In this document: in pieces, positions 38,076-50,044 of the stretch
How positions within the stretch are numbered: the first letter of the stretch is position 1
Layout: each line of letters opens with the position of its first letter
Origin: Geosiphon pyriformis uo1
Taxonomy: Eukaryota > Fungi > Glomeromycota
Length of the DNA: 64,000 nucleotides
Assembly: GCA_016748015.1 (NCBI GenBank)
Contig: JAAOMT010000572.1
Coordinates: 1-64,000 of the forward strand
Reading direction: 5' to 3'
Made by a program: the position numbers and the translations under genes
Notes under the pieces: model-generated
What the model was told of the DNA's origin: nothing
Database searches by the model: none
The model's input: only the letters and a program-made list of their open reading frames with translations

Positions 38076-39916
38076 TAAGACAAAGGAAAAGCCGACAAAC
38101 CCGAACCAGCACACAAAAGATCCAATCTCGCCAAAACAGAATTAACTGAAGCCTCCAGAGCCGACATTTTAGACTCCAAACCACCCACCTTGGTAGTTAG
38201 AACCTTTGAACTACTCAAATTGAAGCCACCACCCATATCAATACTTGGAGAATGGGGGTTGGATGATGCCAATTCACCATTCAGAGCCATATCAAAATCC
38301 AAACCAAGGGCCAAAGGCACAGATCCAACCAGAAAAGGAGCATCAAAAGATGGAACCATGGGCACCAATTCAACAAAACTCAATTTCCTTAAAATATCAG
38401 ACACTTGGTCAGCCAACAACTCGAGAGAGCATTCCAAAAATGCCAAGTGAGCATTCAAAGAAAAGTTGGCAAGTGTAGAAAAGGGAGGACCACCACCTAA
38501 ATCCGAAGTCATATGATGAGAAAAACCAGCACCATGACCAGAACCAGAAGGGGAAGCAAGAGAGACTACCTGGGCCCATGATTTGTCACCAAAGGCAGCA
38601 GGGCAGGATATAGAAACATTTTTCTTTGTATATAACTTGGCCAACTGGAGATGATCCACACCAGGAGCACGTTTTTTATTAAAATTATTCAAGAAATCAG
38701 AAGATGACTTATCTGATGCATCGTACTCTAAAGCCGAATGTCCAAAACGCCCACATTTTTCACACTGAACCAAATTCAGCCTAGTCCAAAAAAGACGAAC
38801 ACCACCAAAAACAGGTTCAGTGAGAAAAGCAAAATTCAAATTATTCTCGGATTTGAAGCCAACCACAGCACAGCAAACCCTATTGCCAGTGTCCAATAAA
38901 TGATTAATGATACAAGTTCTGCCACCAGTTTTATCCAGAAGATTACCAAAATCATGTGCTGTTGTTCCCACCAGCAACATAAACAGAAGCACCCTAAAAT
39001 GATCCCTAAAGGCCCAGATATTGCGATCTCCCACAGCTTTTGCCACATACACAGAGTTTTTCTCAATTAAGAAGAACCATTTTGAAGCCAACAGTTCTGC
39101 CTGTTCTGATTTGGCAAATTCTACCACAGCCTTCTGCCATATACCAACCAACTGGATTTTAATCGACTTAATTTGTCCAAACTCAGAAACTGTGGCAATG
39201 ATCATTTCTTTTGGTGTATTTATGAGAATTTCTTTGATCACCACAGCCCAATCTAAACGAAATCTTTGTTTCCTCACATTGGTGTTTATGACAATTCCCT
39301 TTTCTTCAGCCAATAATACAGCTTTCCTTATGCTCTCCTCAGATGTAAACGTCGATTGGATGATCCTTTCAAATTTTAAGGGGGTAGTGGCCCTCCTAAA
39401 ACCATTGATCTTTGAAAAAATCTTCCTGATTAAATGAGTTTTTGCTGTCACCAATTTGCCTTCAACAGCTGAAAAATTGATATCCAAGGCAAAAAATTTC
39501 TTAACTGTCACCTCTACAGGAGTTTTGATGATTTTGGAATCAATCCAGATCTTATCCAAAGGAACTTTTTTCATAAGGAGGGGTGGAAGGGGCTTTACCT
39601 TTTCATCTATTTCAAAGTCAGAAGAACCAATAGGAGAACCAAAATTTGCACCAGTATTCACACATTTAGCCTTGGGAGTGTTAACAACTGAGTTCAAAAG
39701 AGAATCATCAAAACCACCAGACATACTAACATCCTCATCATCGCCAAAAAGACTTTCTACATCGGAATATACACTAGCACTAGAACTAAACTTCAAAGAA
39801 ATATTCTTTTCATCATCAGAGTGTTTAATATTATCAAGAGAAACCTTCTTTTTTTGTGAAAAGAAACCACTGGCAGGACCATAAAACACACCCTTAGAAG
39901 CCTTTTTACTAAACAT
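38075..39916 (-). CDS. LINE ORF1 (Gag-like: 2 RRM-like domains, CCHC knuckle, C-terminal coiled coils); still open, 613 aa
   Basis: VVIKEIL...KAVVEF; LLFMLLVGTTAHDF...CAVVGF; CEKCGRFGHSALEY; heptads LAFLECSLELLADQVSDI and VGGLESKMSALEASVNSVL. Confidence 0.85.
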   Translation of the reverse strand: MFSKKASKGVFYGPASGFFSQKKKVSLDNIKHSDDEKNISLKFSSSASVYSDVESLFGDDEDVSMSGGFDDSLLNSVVNTPKAKCVNTGANFGSPIGSSDFEIDEKVKPLPPLLMKKVPLDKIWIDSKIIKTPVEVTVKKFFALDINFSAVEGKLVTAKTHLIRKIFSKINGFRRATTPLKFERIIQSTFTSEESIRKAVLLAEEKGIVINTNVRKQRFRLDWAVVIKEILINTPKEMIIATVSEFGQIKSIKIQLVGIWQKAVVEFAKSEQAELLASKWFFLIEKNSVYVAKAVGDRNIWAFRDHFRVLLFMLLVGTTAHDFGNLLDKTGGRTCIINHLLDTGNRVCCAVVGFKSENNLNFAFLTEPVFGGVRLFWTRLNLVQCEKCGRFGHSALEYDASDKSSSDFLNNFNKKRAPGVDHLQLAKLYTKKNVSISCPAAFGDKSWAQVVSLASPSGSGHGAGFSHHMTSDLGGGPPFSTLANFSLNAHLAFLECSLELLADQVSDILRKLSFVELVPMVPSFDAPFLVGSVPLALGLDFDMALNGELASSNPHSPSIDMGGGFNLSSSKVLTTKVGGLESKMSALEASVNSVLARLDLLCAGSGLSAFPLS

Positions 39917-40458
39917 GCTGCCACTAAAAGCAGCCTTTGAATCTATGACAAAAGGGTTATTAGTTAAAGAAATATTGATATAATACTAATAAGAGAAAAA
40001 CAAAAACTTCTTCTTCAAAAAAATAACTCGTTGGGGTTTTTGGGAGTAAGAGAGAAAGAAGTTTTCTGTATTGTACTTTTTAATCATAATTATTAATAAA
40101 ATACTAATTTTTATTTATTATTTTTTATTTAAATTTTTTTTTGTTTATTTATTTTACTAATTAATTAAAAAAAACATTAAAATTATAATATCAAAGAATT
40201 GATTAGTAAAAATGCAAAAATAAATATAGAATTAATTATTAAATTGTTTATTAGAAAAGTAAAAAACACCAAAATAAATCAATTATTATATCAAAGAAGT
40301 TAAACACTAAGTATTATTTACTATTATTAAATAAATTTTTGTTTATTGTACAAAAAATTCAACCAATCAAATTTTTAAATAACCAAAATTTTTAGATTAT
40401 ATCAATTATTAAAAATACTAATTTATAGACTAATAACATTATTTAATTATTTATAACA

Positions 40459-40772
40459 ACAGTAATTAATTAAAAAACATGCTAAAATTATGATATTAAA
40501 AATTGCTTGGTAAAAAATGCAAAAATAAGTGTAAAATTAACTTATTAATAATTGGATTGCTTATTAAAAATGTAAAAAACACCAGAATAAACTGGTTATT
40601 ATGCTAAAAAAGTTAAATACTAAATATTGTTAACTATTACAACTTGAATTTCTATTTATTATACAAAGAATTTAAACAGTAAAAACTTTCAAATTTATTA
40701 AAACCTTCAGATTTAATCAACCAATTTCAGCACCAACTTACAGGCTATTCAACCATATATTTACTTATAATA
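40459..40772 (+). repeat. 3' portion of another LTR (host of the preceding element)
   Basis: Repeats 40155-40458 in direct orientation; ends ttacttataata. Confidence 0.6.
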
Positions 40773-41033
40773 GCATTTAAATGAAAAATATACATAATAA
40801 AAACATTGTATAATATACTTTTAATAGTTATAAGAAAAAAATTATATAATAAAAGTCATTTTAATATTAATTATTTAAAATGCAATAAAATATTTTGAGA
40901 ATTGGTTTTATTTAAAAATTATTAAAAGATTTAATTTTATATGTAAATATTTTTGTTAAATAACAAATCTCATTATTATTAATTATTAATATTTTTTTTG
41001 CTATTTACAAACATAAAACTGAAGGATTTTATA

Positions 41034-41097
41034 ACAGACGCAGCTAATGCTTTGTTTGCACGTAACCAGCCACTCGAGCCACCAAGGCAACACTACA
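41034..41097 (-). other. CpG-retaining homologue of the LINE 3' UTR
   Basis: Shares CAAGGCAACACTACA and AGCCACTC with 33340-33403; ~65% identity over 63 bp. Confidence 0.7.
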
Positions 41098-41887
41098 ATA
41101 GATCGATCATAATTATTGAATTTGCTTAAGCTTAAATTGTTTTTTGTATTTCATATTTATTATACAAGTCAAATAATTAAAAGTTATAAATTAAAATATT
41201 AATATTTTTTTATTAATTAAAAGTACATAATTATTATATTTTTATTATAATAAACGTTAATTTATTTTTATTAAAATAACACTTTGACATTTTCTATAAC
41301 ACTCAAAATTTGAATATTATGTTTTGCTAGTTATTTTTAATTACATTATTTTTTAAAGTACGCCGTAATATTTATCCGTTGTCCCTTTTTATTATTTTTA
41401 AAATATTTATCAATGGGAAAAAGTCGATCTCCAATTGTTTCATTTGAATAGCTTAATTCAATGCTTTGAAAAGATAACATTAAAAGACAATCAGAAATAA
41501 AAACAATTGGATTTCGTGAATATTTCAAGGTATATCTATTAAAAAATCAAATTTGAACTTCAGAAAAAAAGGGTTATAGAAGATTGTGTTTTTCTGCTTG
41601 GCTTGAATCAATGTGAGCACGCTTTGTACAAAAATTCATTAAATTAATTTAGAATTCTTAGATTTTACGAGCCGAAAGGTGATAAAGGGTGATGATTATA
41701 TTTATAATTAACTTGAAATGTTCAATATATAAATTAAAGATATCAATTTAACCTAATTACTTCAACTTGGATAGCGACTAAAATATAAACGTGAGTCTGG
41801 CCGTAAATGGTACACATTTTAGTACCCAAAAAATGATGTTTTAACTTACAACTCTGTTATTCATGAAATTTCCCTACTCCCTAAACT

Positions 41888-44800
41888 ATGCTTGGACGTG
41901 CCATCGTGGCCTATGTGGCCTTGCGGAACAAGTGGTCAAAAAAGAAAAATAAAAAGTCACAAGCTCAAGAAAGCTCTTCTGGCAGTAAACTTCCTAGGCA
42001 ATCAACCGAATTTAGCAATTTTCATGCTATAGTGAAGGAGGGGACCTCTTCTTTAGATATTCAAAGCACTTCACCACATTTCTCTAAGACGGTAAAAATG
42101 ACAACACCACTGGACACTTCGGATAATATTATTCATAAACAGGACCCTAAAGTCAACTCAGAAAATGCTGACGAGAATCCTAAGATTCCCGAAATTATTA
42201 ACTTACAAAATGCAAATTATAAAGTCTTGGACTCTGAAAAAAATCTCGAGTTAAAGGAAGCTTATATATCACAATTGAATGATATCAATGATTCTTCCTC
42301 TATCGAAGCTGTTACTAATAGACCCATATTTCAAAGCACTTCTCAAGATATTCCACAGTTTTCTTCTTCACCAGATAACGACAATCGACACATTATTTTG
42401 TTAAATCCTTCTGAAGATATTATATCTAAGGAATTAGGGACTTCGGCAGCACCATTCACAGGACCAACACATTCTCTTACCTATCCTCTTGAGCAGCCTT
42501 CCGCTGCTAGACGTTCCATGGGCTTTCAAGAGGCAGATAAACGGTCCCTCCCTACAAACTTTTTGTCAGGATCAAACGGCAACAGTACCGTAGTGTCTAA
42601 TGAGGTTGTTATTAGTAGTATTGTGACGACACAGCCATTTGGTCAAAAATCTTCAAATTTTTCGAAGAACCCAACAGTTTCTACTGCAGGTGATCCTCAA
42701 GCCAAAATTAAAGAAGTCAGTAATCAGGATTTCTTTTTTCCACGAAAAATTAGACGACAATTTACCTCTTATCCATTATATGATGTTCAGACTCCAACGG
42801 AAGAAATCTACATTGACAATGATCTTGCTGAAGGCACTTCCCTCTTAAAAGTTTCTGCAACAAAACGACATCAACGCACATTCAAAATTGATGTGGATCA
42901 AGGTCGTATTTTATGGGACTCAAAAAAATCCGGAAAAGGTCAGACGAATTACCTTTAAGTCTCAAAATCACATTCTTTAGTTATTTATGTTTTGTGATAT
43001 TTCTTAGTCAATATTGAAAATATTAAAGAGCTTCGCATTGGGGAAGCTGCTCGAAATTATAGAGAAAATTTGAAATTGAGTTCCGACTATGAATCTCGTT
43101 GGTTTACTATTATATATGTTGACTCTGGAAAGTATAAAGCACTGCATCTAGTCGCTCCTACAGAGCAACTTTTCCGTAAATGGGTAGATACATTGGCTAA
43201 GCTTAATTCACATAGGCGTGACATGATGGGTGGTCTTGGACACATGCGAAGAAGACAATCTTTGTGGCTGAAGCAACACTGGAAACAGGCAGATAAAGAT
43301 GGAAATTCAAAATTAGTGGTAGATGAAGTTGTGAGATTATGTCGACAATTGAACATTAATATGTCGAAAGAATTGTTAAAATCCAAATTTGACGTATGTT
43401 ATTTTGAAAATTATTTTCAAAGTCATTGATAATAATATTCAATTCATCCTCTCGTTGTTATAGGAAGCAGATAAGAGGAAAAATGGCTGGCTTGAATTTT
43501 CAGACTTTCAAAGATTCGTTAAATTAATCAAACGGAGAGAAGAATTAGAAGATATTTTCTCTGTTTTGGCCAAAACAGATCAAGAGATTTTAACTTTATC
43601 CGAGTTTCGGGATTTTCTCATCAATGAACAAAAGGTACCTTTTCCATATTGGCCCTTATTATTTTTCTTTACATAAATTTCTATTATTCTAATGTTCCAT
43701 ACATTCACACTATTTAAATAGTTCAATTTAGCTGATGAAGACTATGGCTATTTATATCACAAGTTCCTCGACAAAGATCGTCATGCTATGACGTTAGAAG
43801 GCTTTAACAGCTTTTTAATGTCCAGCGATAATCCTGTTTTTTCGCTTGAACATTCCAAGGTTTATCAAGATATGACCCAACCATTGAGCCATTATTTTAT
43901 TCAATCGTCACATAACACGTAAATATCATCTTCTGTACACCCACATATTAAATTCAAACTCATACTAAACTTTACGAAATACGAATTTAGCTATTTGTTA
44001 GGACATCAATTGACAGGGGAGTCATCAATTGAAGGGTATATCCGTGTTTTGCAACGGGGTTGCCGTTGTGTTGAAAGTAAGCCCCATCGTTTTAACGAAC
44101 TTCAAGTCTCCTTAAGAAATATTTAAAAAGAGGTTTTTTTTAGTTGATTGCTGGGATGGAACTGATGGACCCATTGTAACCCATGGTCATACCTTGTGAG
44201 TGTAACACTTGACTTTGATATTGTTGTATGATATATGCAAAAATTAACACTTCATTAGAACATCGAAGATCTTGTTTCAAGATGTAATATCAGCAATTCG
44301 CACTTACGCATTCAAAGCATCTCCATACCCACTCATTTTATCGTTAGAAATTCATTGCTCTGTAGAGCAGCAAAACGTGATGGCTAGGATTTTAAGGGAA
44401 ACATTAGGGGAATATCTTGTCGTTGGTTTCTTGAAACCGAACGAAGAAGCACTTCCCAGCCCTGCAGACTTGTTGTATAAAATATTAATTAAGGTACCAC
44501 AATTCTATCGACCTTAGAGTGAGTGATAACCTTCCATATTGAAGTAAAAAATCATTAATGATCATTAGGGCAAAAATATTACATTGGAAAATGCCGAGGA
44601 CACATCCGTTGATTCGGCGACCGATAATTCGGCGACTGACACAGAGTCGGAGGCAGAACCACTTCAAGGTTTACCCCTTGAACTATCTCCCTTGTTTAAT
44701 TTTTTGACTTCTGTTTAATTTTTTTCGTTCTGGATGTTTTAGAAAACCTAGACTCTCCCAAAAAGAAATCAAAAATCAAAAAAAGCAAACCACGGATCTC

Positions 44801-46007
44801 AAAAGAATTATCCGACTTGGTAATATATTGCTCAGCTGTTAAATTCAAAGGATTCAATTATCATCGTGGTAATTATATTAAAATAATTGAATTTCCTTTA
44901 AATACTATAAAACCTTTATTAATTAATAATAATTGCATGGCAGAAAACTCTAGTTACTATCACATGTCCTCATTTTCTGAACGAGTCTCCTCTCGTTTGG
45001 GAAAGCTTGAAAAGGAGGCACTAATTCGGCACAACATTCGCCATTTAACACGAATATATCCTGCAGGTTTTCGTATTAACTCCTCCAATTATGAGCCTCA
45101 TCATCATTGGCAATATGGCAGCCAAATAGTAGCATTGAATTGGCAAACATTTGGTGAGAATTGATTTTAGTCCGATATTTATCAAAACTATGAGAGGGAA
45201 AACCTTAAAATTAATTTTGTATTTATAGATCTTGGTCTGCAAATAAATCAAGCAATGTTCGGGGTGAATGGCAGATGCGGTTATGTGCTTAAGCCAAAGC
45301 GTCTCAAAAATCTTGTCTTCGATATTGCCGGACCACCGATTAATAAAAAACCCAATGAAATAGAATTGAGAATTCAAGTACTTACAAGGATTATTCTGTC
45401 GCTATTTACTCTTAGTTACATAATTCGATTTATTACTTTTTATTTATGAATAGATTATATCCGCACAGCAACTCCCAAGACCTCGAGACCAAACGAAGGG
45501 TGAAATAGTGGATCCATTCGTGGAAGTGGAATTACTTGTTCCTTCTAAGGAGGTGCAAAAGCGTCGAACCAAATCGGTCAGTGATAATGGCTTTAACCCA
45601 ATATGGAAAGAAAATCTTTCCTTTCGAATTGACTGCGAAGAAGCCGAATTGGTTTTTTTGAGGTCAGATCACGTGTATCATTTTTATTCTTTTCAAGTTC
45701 ATATTGCAGTCTCTGAAACTTAGGATCATGTCTCTTCAATGAATAGGTTTGTGGTTTATGATGTAGACGTCCGAAATAATGAATTCATCGCATCATACTG
45801 TATTCCAGTAGCCAGTTTACAGCCTGGTAAAAAAATTTCCTCGGAAATCTTGTCAAAAACGCAACATGTAATTAAAGTGTTAATCATTTCATAATAGGCT
45901 ACCGGCATATCCCTCTTAACGATCAAAACGGGGATCAATTTCTCTTTACCTCCTTGTTGATTCATTCAATTTTCGATCCTCATGTATTCAATTTTGCCGA
46001 TGGTTAG
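41888..46007 (+). CDS. PLC1: Phosphoinositide-specific phospholipase C (fungal Plc1/PLC-delta type; PH, EF-hand, X, Y, C2). 14 exons: 41888-42938, 43008-43393, 43464-43634, 43722-43918, 43991-44076, 44144-44195, 44259-44493, 44569-44668, 44743-44868, 44944-45153, 45229-45377, 45454-45662, 45747-45826, 45898-46007
   Basis: All introns GT-AG with a continuous frame. X box [47 protein letters not shown]; Y box [29 protein letters not shown]; C2 DPFVEV, NGFNPIW, LQPGYRHIPL. Confidence 0.96.
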
Positions 46008-47449
46008 GAATTTTCAGTGTTTGTTGAAATTTCGCAGGAATTTCATTCTTCACAGAAATTTGATGAATTCAGATTCGTAACAATTTTTTATTTTCTGCAT
46101 TTCGAGTGTAAGCTTTAAAATAATTACTACTTAATATTAGAAAATTACAATTTTTAAAACTTCTAACATATATAGTGTTTTATTTAAGTGTAATTCCGCT
46201 AACATTGGAATTCATCTAAATACTGTAATTTTCAATTTCTGTATATTCACATCGAATTCAAAAAAATGAATTGTCAATTTTTACATAAATTTGATTAATA
46301 TTTAAAAGAATATTATTTATTACATAATTTTAAGAAAATTAATTATTATATTAGTAATATATGGAACATGTTAGAACAAAACCAGACAAAGTAAACATTT
46401 TATTATGTAACATAAATAAGAGGTTAATATAACTGAAAAGTTAACTAATTTGATTAATAACATTTTAATAATAATAACAATAATTTGTACACAAATTGTA
46501 TATGTATTTTTATGTTAATATGAAATTAATTTACATTAAAACCAAAAATTACAGTATAATTAGAAATTTTATTATTATTATTATTATTATTCTATTACAA
46601 AGTATAATCTAATTATTAGTTTTAATACAAAATACTAAGATTTTAAAAAATCATAATTTATATATTTGGCTACATATAACTAATTATTTAAATTAGTTAA
46701 ACCTATATTACATAATATTTATAGTAATATTTAATATATTATTAGAAAAACAATAAACTACAAAATCAGTTATGTTAAAAAAATTTTTTTTTAAAATCAT
46801 AATTTTATGTAAAACAAATAACTTAATATATATAAATTTAAATTAAATTAATAAAAATCATGCAAAATAAAAATATTAATCTTGTTTTTATTATTAATTA
46901 TAATACTTATAAATAAAACAAACTATTTTTTCTATTTAATATATAATCAAGTTTTAAATAATCATACTAATTTATAATAAATATTAACAAAAAAATAACT
47001 AAAATTTACAATTTTTAATTTTTAAACTAAAACAAATCTGAAAATTTTAATAAATTCCATATATTATGTTTTAAGTACTATATTTTTTATTAAATTAATA
47101 TAAAATTTAATATTTATTAAGTTAATAAAATATTTATTAATCAAAATTAATTTATTTAAATTTTATAAAATTACAAAATTTGTTATTAAAAAACCAGATT
47201 ATTTATATTATAATGTTATTCTAAAAGTTAATACTTTTATTTTTAACTTTATATTATTAAAAAAAATAAAAATATAATTTAAAAATTCAAAAATCTTGTA
47301 TTTAAAATATACAATAATAATATAATTTGAATTATATAGTTTTTTATATTGTAATTAGCAATTAATTATATAATACTTTTATAAAATATATTTTAAAATC
47401 TGTTATTTTAGTATTAGTATATTTAAAACTTTTATACTAATTAAAATAC

Positions 47450-47631
47450 TGTATTAATATTATGTTATTAAAATTTGTATTATTAAAAAAAATTGTTTTT
47501 TTTTTAATGTTATTAATATTATTTTGTTATTAATTCTGCTATTAATAAAATAATTTTTTTTTAAGTATTTTTTTATATTTTAAGCTATTTATATTGTTAA
47601 ATTTATAATAAATTAGCCAATTTTATGTTAA
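47450..47631 (+). repeat. AT-rich repeat family, copy 1 left part (continues at 56258-56730 after the LINE)
   Basis: 47450-47631 plus 56258-56730 aligns colinearly to uninterrupted 58290-59220. Confidence 0.75.
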
Positions 47632-48278
47632 AATTAATTTTAAAAATCTTTTCTCTTGTTAATTTTCTGGCCATAATAAAAGCTAAAGATTACCAAAAAT
47701 ATAACTTTTTTTTCTCTTTTTACACTTTATTTCTATTAGTTATTTTTTTTAAAACACCTATTTTTGTTGCAATAAAACTGATAGACATATCTGTTAGTAG
47801 TTTTGGTTCTGGCTTAACTGGTTTGGAGACCTGTTTGAATGCCAAGAAAAAACATGTAAACAATATTTACTCTTATGATATGTCTTACATGAAACCAAAA
47901 AAACCTGTAGTTAGTAGTATGATTGACTTGTTAGCTGGCCTTTTAAGCTTAAAAAATGTTGGTGGCACTAGTGTCAAATCTGTGATATCCTAAAGTAGTA
48001 ATGTTAACAGCATTGCAAGTAGTATTAGTGGTCTTTTAAACATTAAAAATATGAAAACCACTGTTGCTAAAGAAATAAGCTATGCAAATTTAGATGCTTT
48101 AGCAAACAATAAGAATATAAATGAAACCACACTAAAAAAAACTTGTACTCAAATATATGTGCTAAGTTATCTTCTAAAAGTGCTTTTATTTAACAACATA
48201 AGTGATAATAAAAACATTCTAGCTCTTTTGTCTTCTAAGTTTGTTGGCTTCAATCAGCTTTTATTGATCAAATTATGT

Positions 48279-50044
48279 TGTTACAGATGATTATTTGGAA
48301 TCTTAAATCAAATAACAAACTTGTAACTTGGTGTTTAATAGCTAATATAATAAAAGTTTTGGGTAATCTGAAGGTTTTTTGGTGGAGTTCTTTGTATAAT
48401 AAACAGAGATTCAATGTTAGTATCTTAGTGTGATGTTTTTAGTTTCCTTAATTCTCAGATTGGTGTGTTTTGTTGTTTGTTACTTCCTGGAATTGCAATT
48501 CTGTTGTTACAGGTGATTATTTGGGGTTTCAAAGCAAATAACAAACCCATAACTTGATGCTTAATTGCTTCAATAATGGTTGATAATATCTGAAGATTTT
48601 GGTTGAGTCTTTTGTATAATAAACAAAAATTTGATAATAATGTTGCATTTGTTGGTGAGTTGTTTTCTCAATTTCTTTCTTTAGCTTGGTGGCTAGTTTA
48701 TTCTGGCATTTGTGTCTTTCTAGTAAGCTACCTGTTAATACATATTTAATATTATTTTTTTTTCAGGTTTTTTACCAGATTATCCATGACATCAATAATT
48801 CAGTACTTAATCCTCAATCAATTAGTAACCACAACAAAATAAAGAAAAGAAAATAAAAGAGATAAAGAAAAGATAAGAAAATAAGCCAAGATGATTGCAA
48901 GTTAGTATCCTGTCAATAGCTATAATCAAGAGCTATTGTTTCAGTGTGGTCAAGTATTGATTACTATTAACATAAAGAGTTGATAGTAAAAAGTGGATTT
49001 AAGATAGTAAATAATTATTTATTTGATATTTGTAATGTAAAAGGTTGTTTGGATTTAAATTTAAACTAAGAGGTCTGTCTTTTTTATTTCTAATACTACT
49101 ACTATATATACATAATTGAGATTTTTCAATTTTTCAATTCTTTATCTTAGGAATCTTGGAATTTCTGGAATTCTGCAATTTTTTTAAGAAGAATCCTGGA
49201 ATTTTGGAATTCTAAAATCCTGCAATTCCTCATACAAGAATCCTGAAATTCCTAAAATCCTGCAATTCTTTTAAGAAGAATCCTGGAATTCCACATTTAC
49301 TATGGCTACTTCTGATTGGCTAATTTATATGCTAATATTCTTCTTATATTTTATAAGTAATACTGTCAATTTTTTTCTCAGTATGGTGGCCAGCAATCTT
49401 TTGGTAAGTTATTCTCAAATCTAAGTATCTACTCTTATTTCTGGGTCTTTTACCAGTATTATATTCTGACATTAGTATCCTATGTGTTAATTCTTTTAAT
49501 TAATTAGTAAATTACAAAATAAAAAAAATAAAAAAAATAAAAATAAAGAAATAAACCAAAACAAGAAAAAGTTAGTATTTCATCAATAACTATAATTAAG
49601 AACTATTGTTTTAGTGTAATCAAGTATTGGGTACTATTAACATAAAGTGTTGATAGAAAAAGAAGTAATTTAGATGGTGAATAATTATTTATTGATATTT
49701 ATAATTCTAATTAAGATGTCTTGAAACTGAGAGATCTTGGTATTGATTCTAACTGAGAATTTTGTCTTTTCTGCTTCTAATGTTTTTGCTATATATACAT
49801 AATTTGGGTTTTACAAGATTGCTTATATTCTTAAGCAATGTGCTATAATTTCTTAAGCAATGCTCATATTGCTAAGCAGTGTGTTATGATTTTCTAATAT
49901 TGCTTTACATTGTTAAGCAATATGCCATAATTCTTGACAATATTCTACATTGCTGAGCAATATGCTTATGTGTTAACTACTATTCTTCTATTGATCTATC
50001 TGTTTTTCTTACTATTTTCTTGTATGCTTTTTCTATGAGTAACA
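48279..50044 (-). repeat. Solo LTR (E-type), TSD ATGT, interrupted by a second solo LTR
   Basis: ATGT|TGTTACAGA...GAGTAACA|ATGT; LINE ORF1 resumes afterwards. Confidence 0.92.
48505..49362 (-). repeat. Nested solo LTR (D-type), TSD CTGT
   Basis: CTGT|TGTTACAGG...AAGTAATA|CTGT; ggaattcc/gaatcctg U3 repeats as in 9890-10025. Confidence 0.92.

Larger units (their letters stand above)
33261..40076 (-). mobile_element. Full-length (~6.8 kb) LINE with TSD TTTTTAATCAT (33249-33259 / 40077-40087)
   Basis: 5' UTR, ORF1, ORF2, 3' UTR and A-rich tail present; TSD on both sides. Confidence 0.93.
32871..40458 (+). repeat. Eroded D-type LTR split by the LINE insertion (parts ~32871-33260 and 40077-40458)
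   Basis: Left part has agaaatttt repeats, tatataaa and aacaatagt; right part continues taatcataattattaataaaatactaa as in intact LTRs and ends ttataaca. Confidence 0.65.

Noticed and set aside
27191-39884. Many 60-150 aa plus-strand ORFs antisense to the LINEs (also 61380-62873)
   Set aside because: By-product of the T/G-rich coding strand; boundaries are not conserved between copies and no motifs are present.
41040-41090. tRNA gene
   Set aside because: A-box-like start only; no T-arm/B box or acceptor-stem pairing.
46300-47449. AT-rich stretch, possibly another ghost element
   Set aside because: No alignment that I could support by eye.
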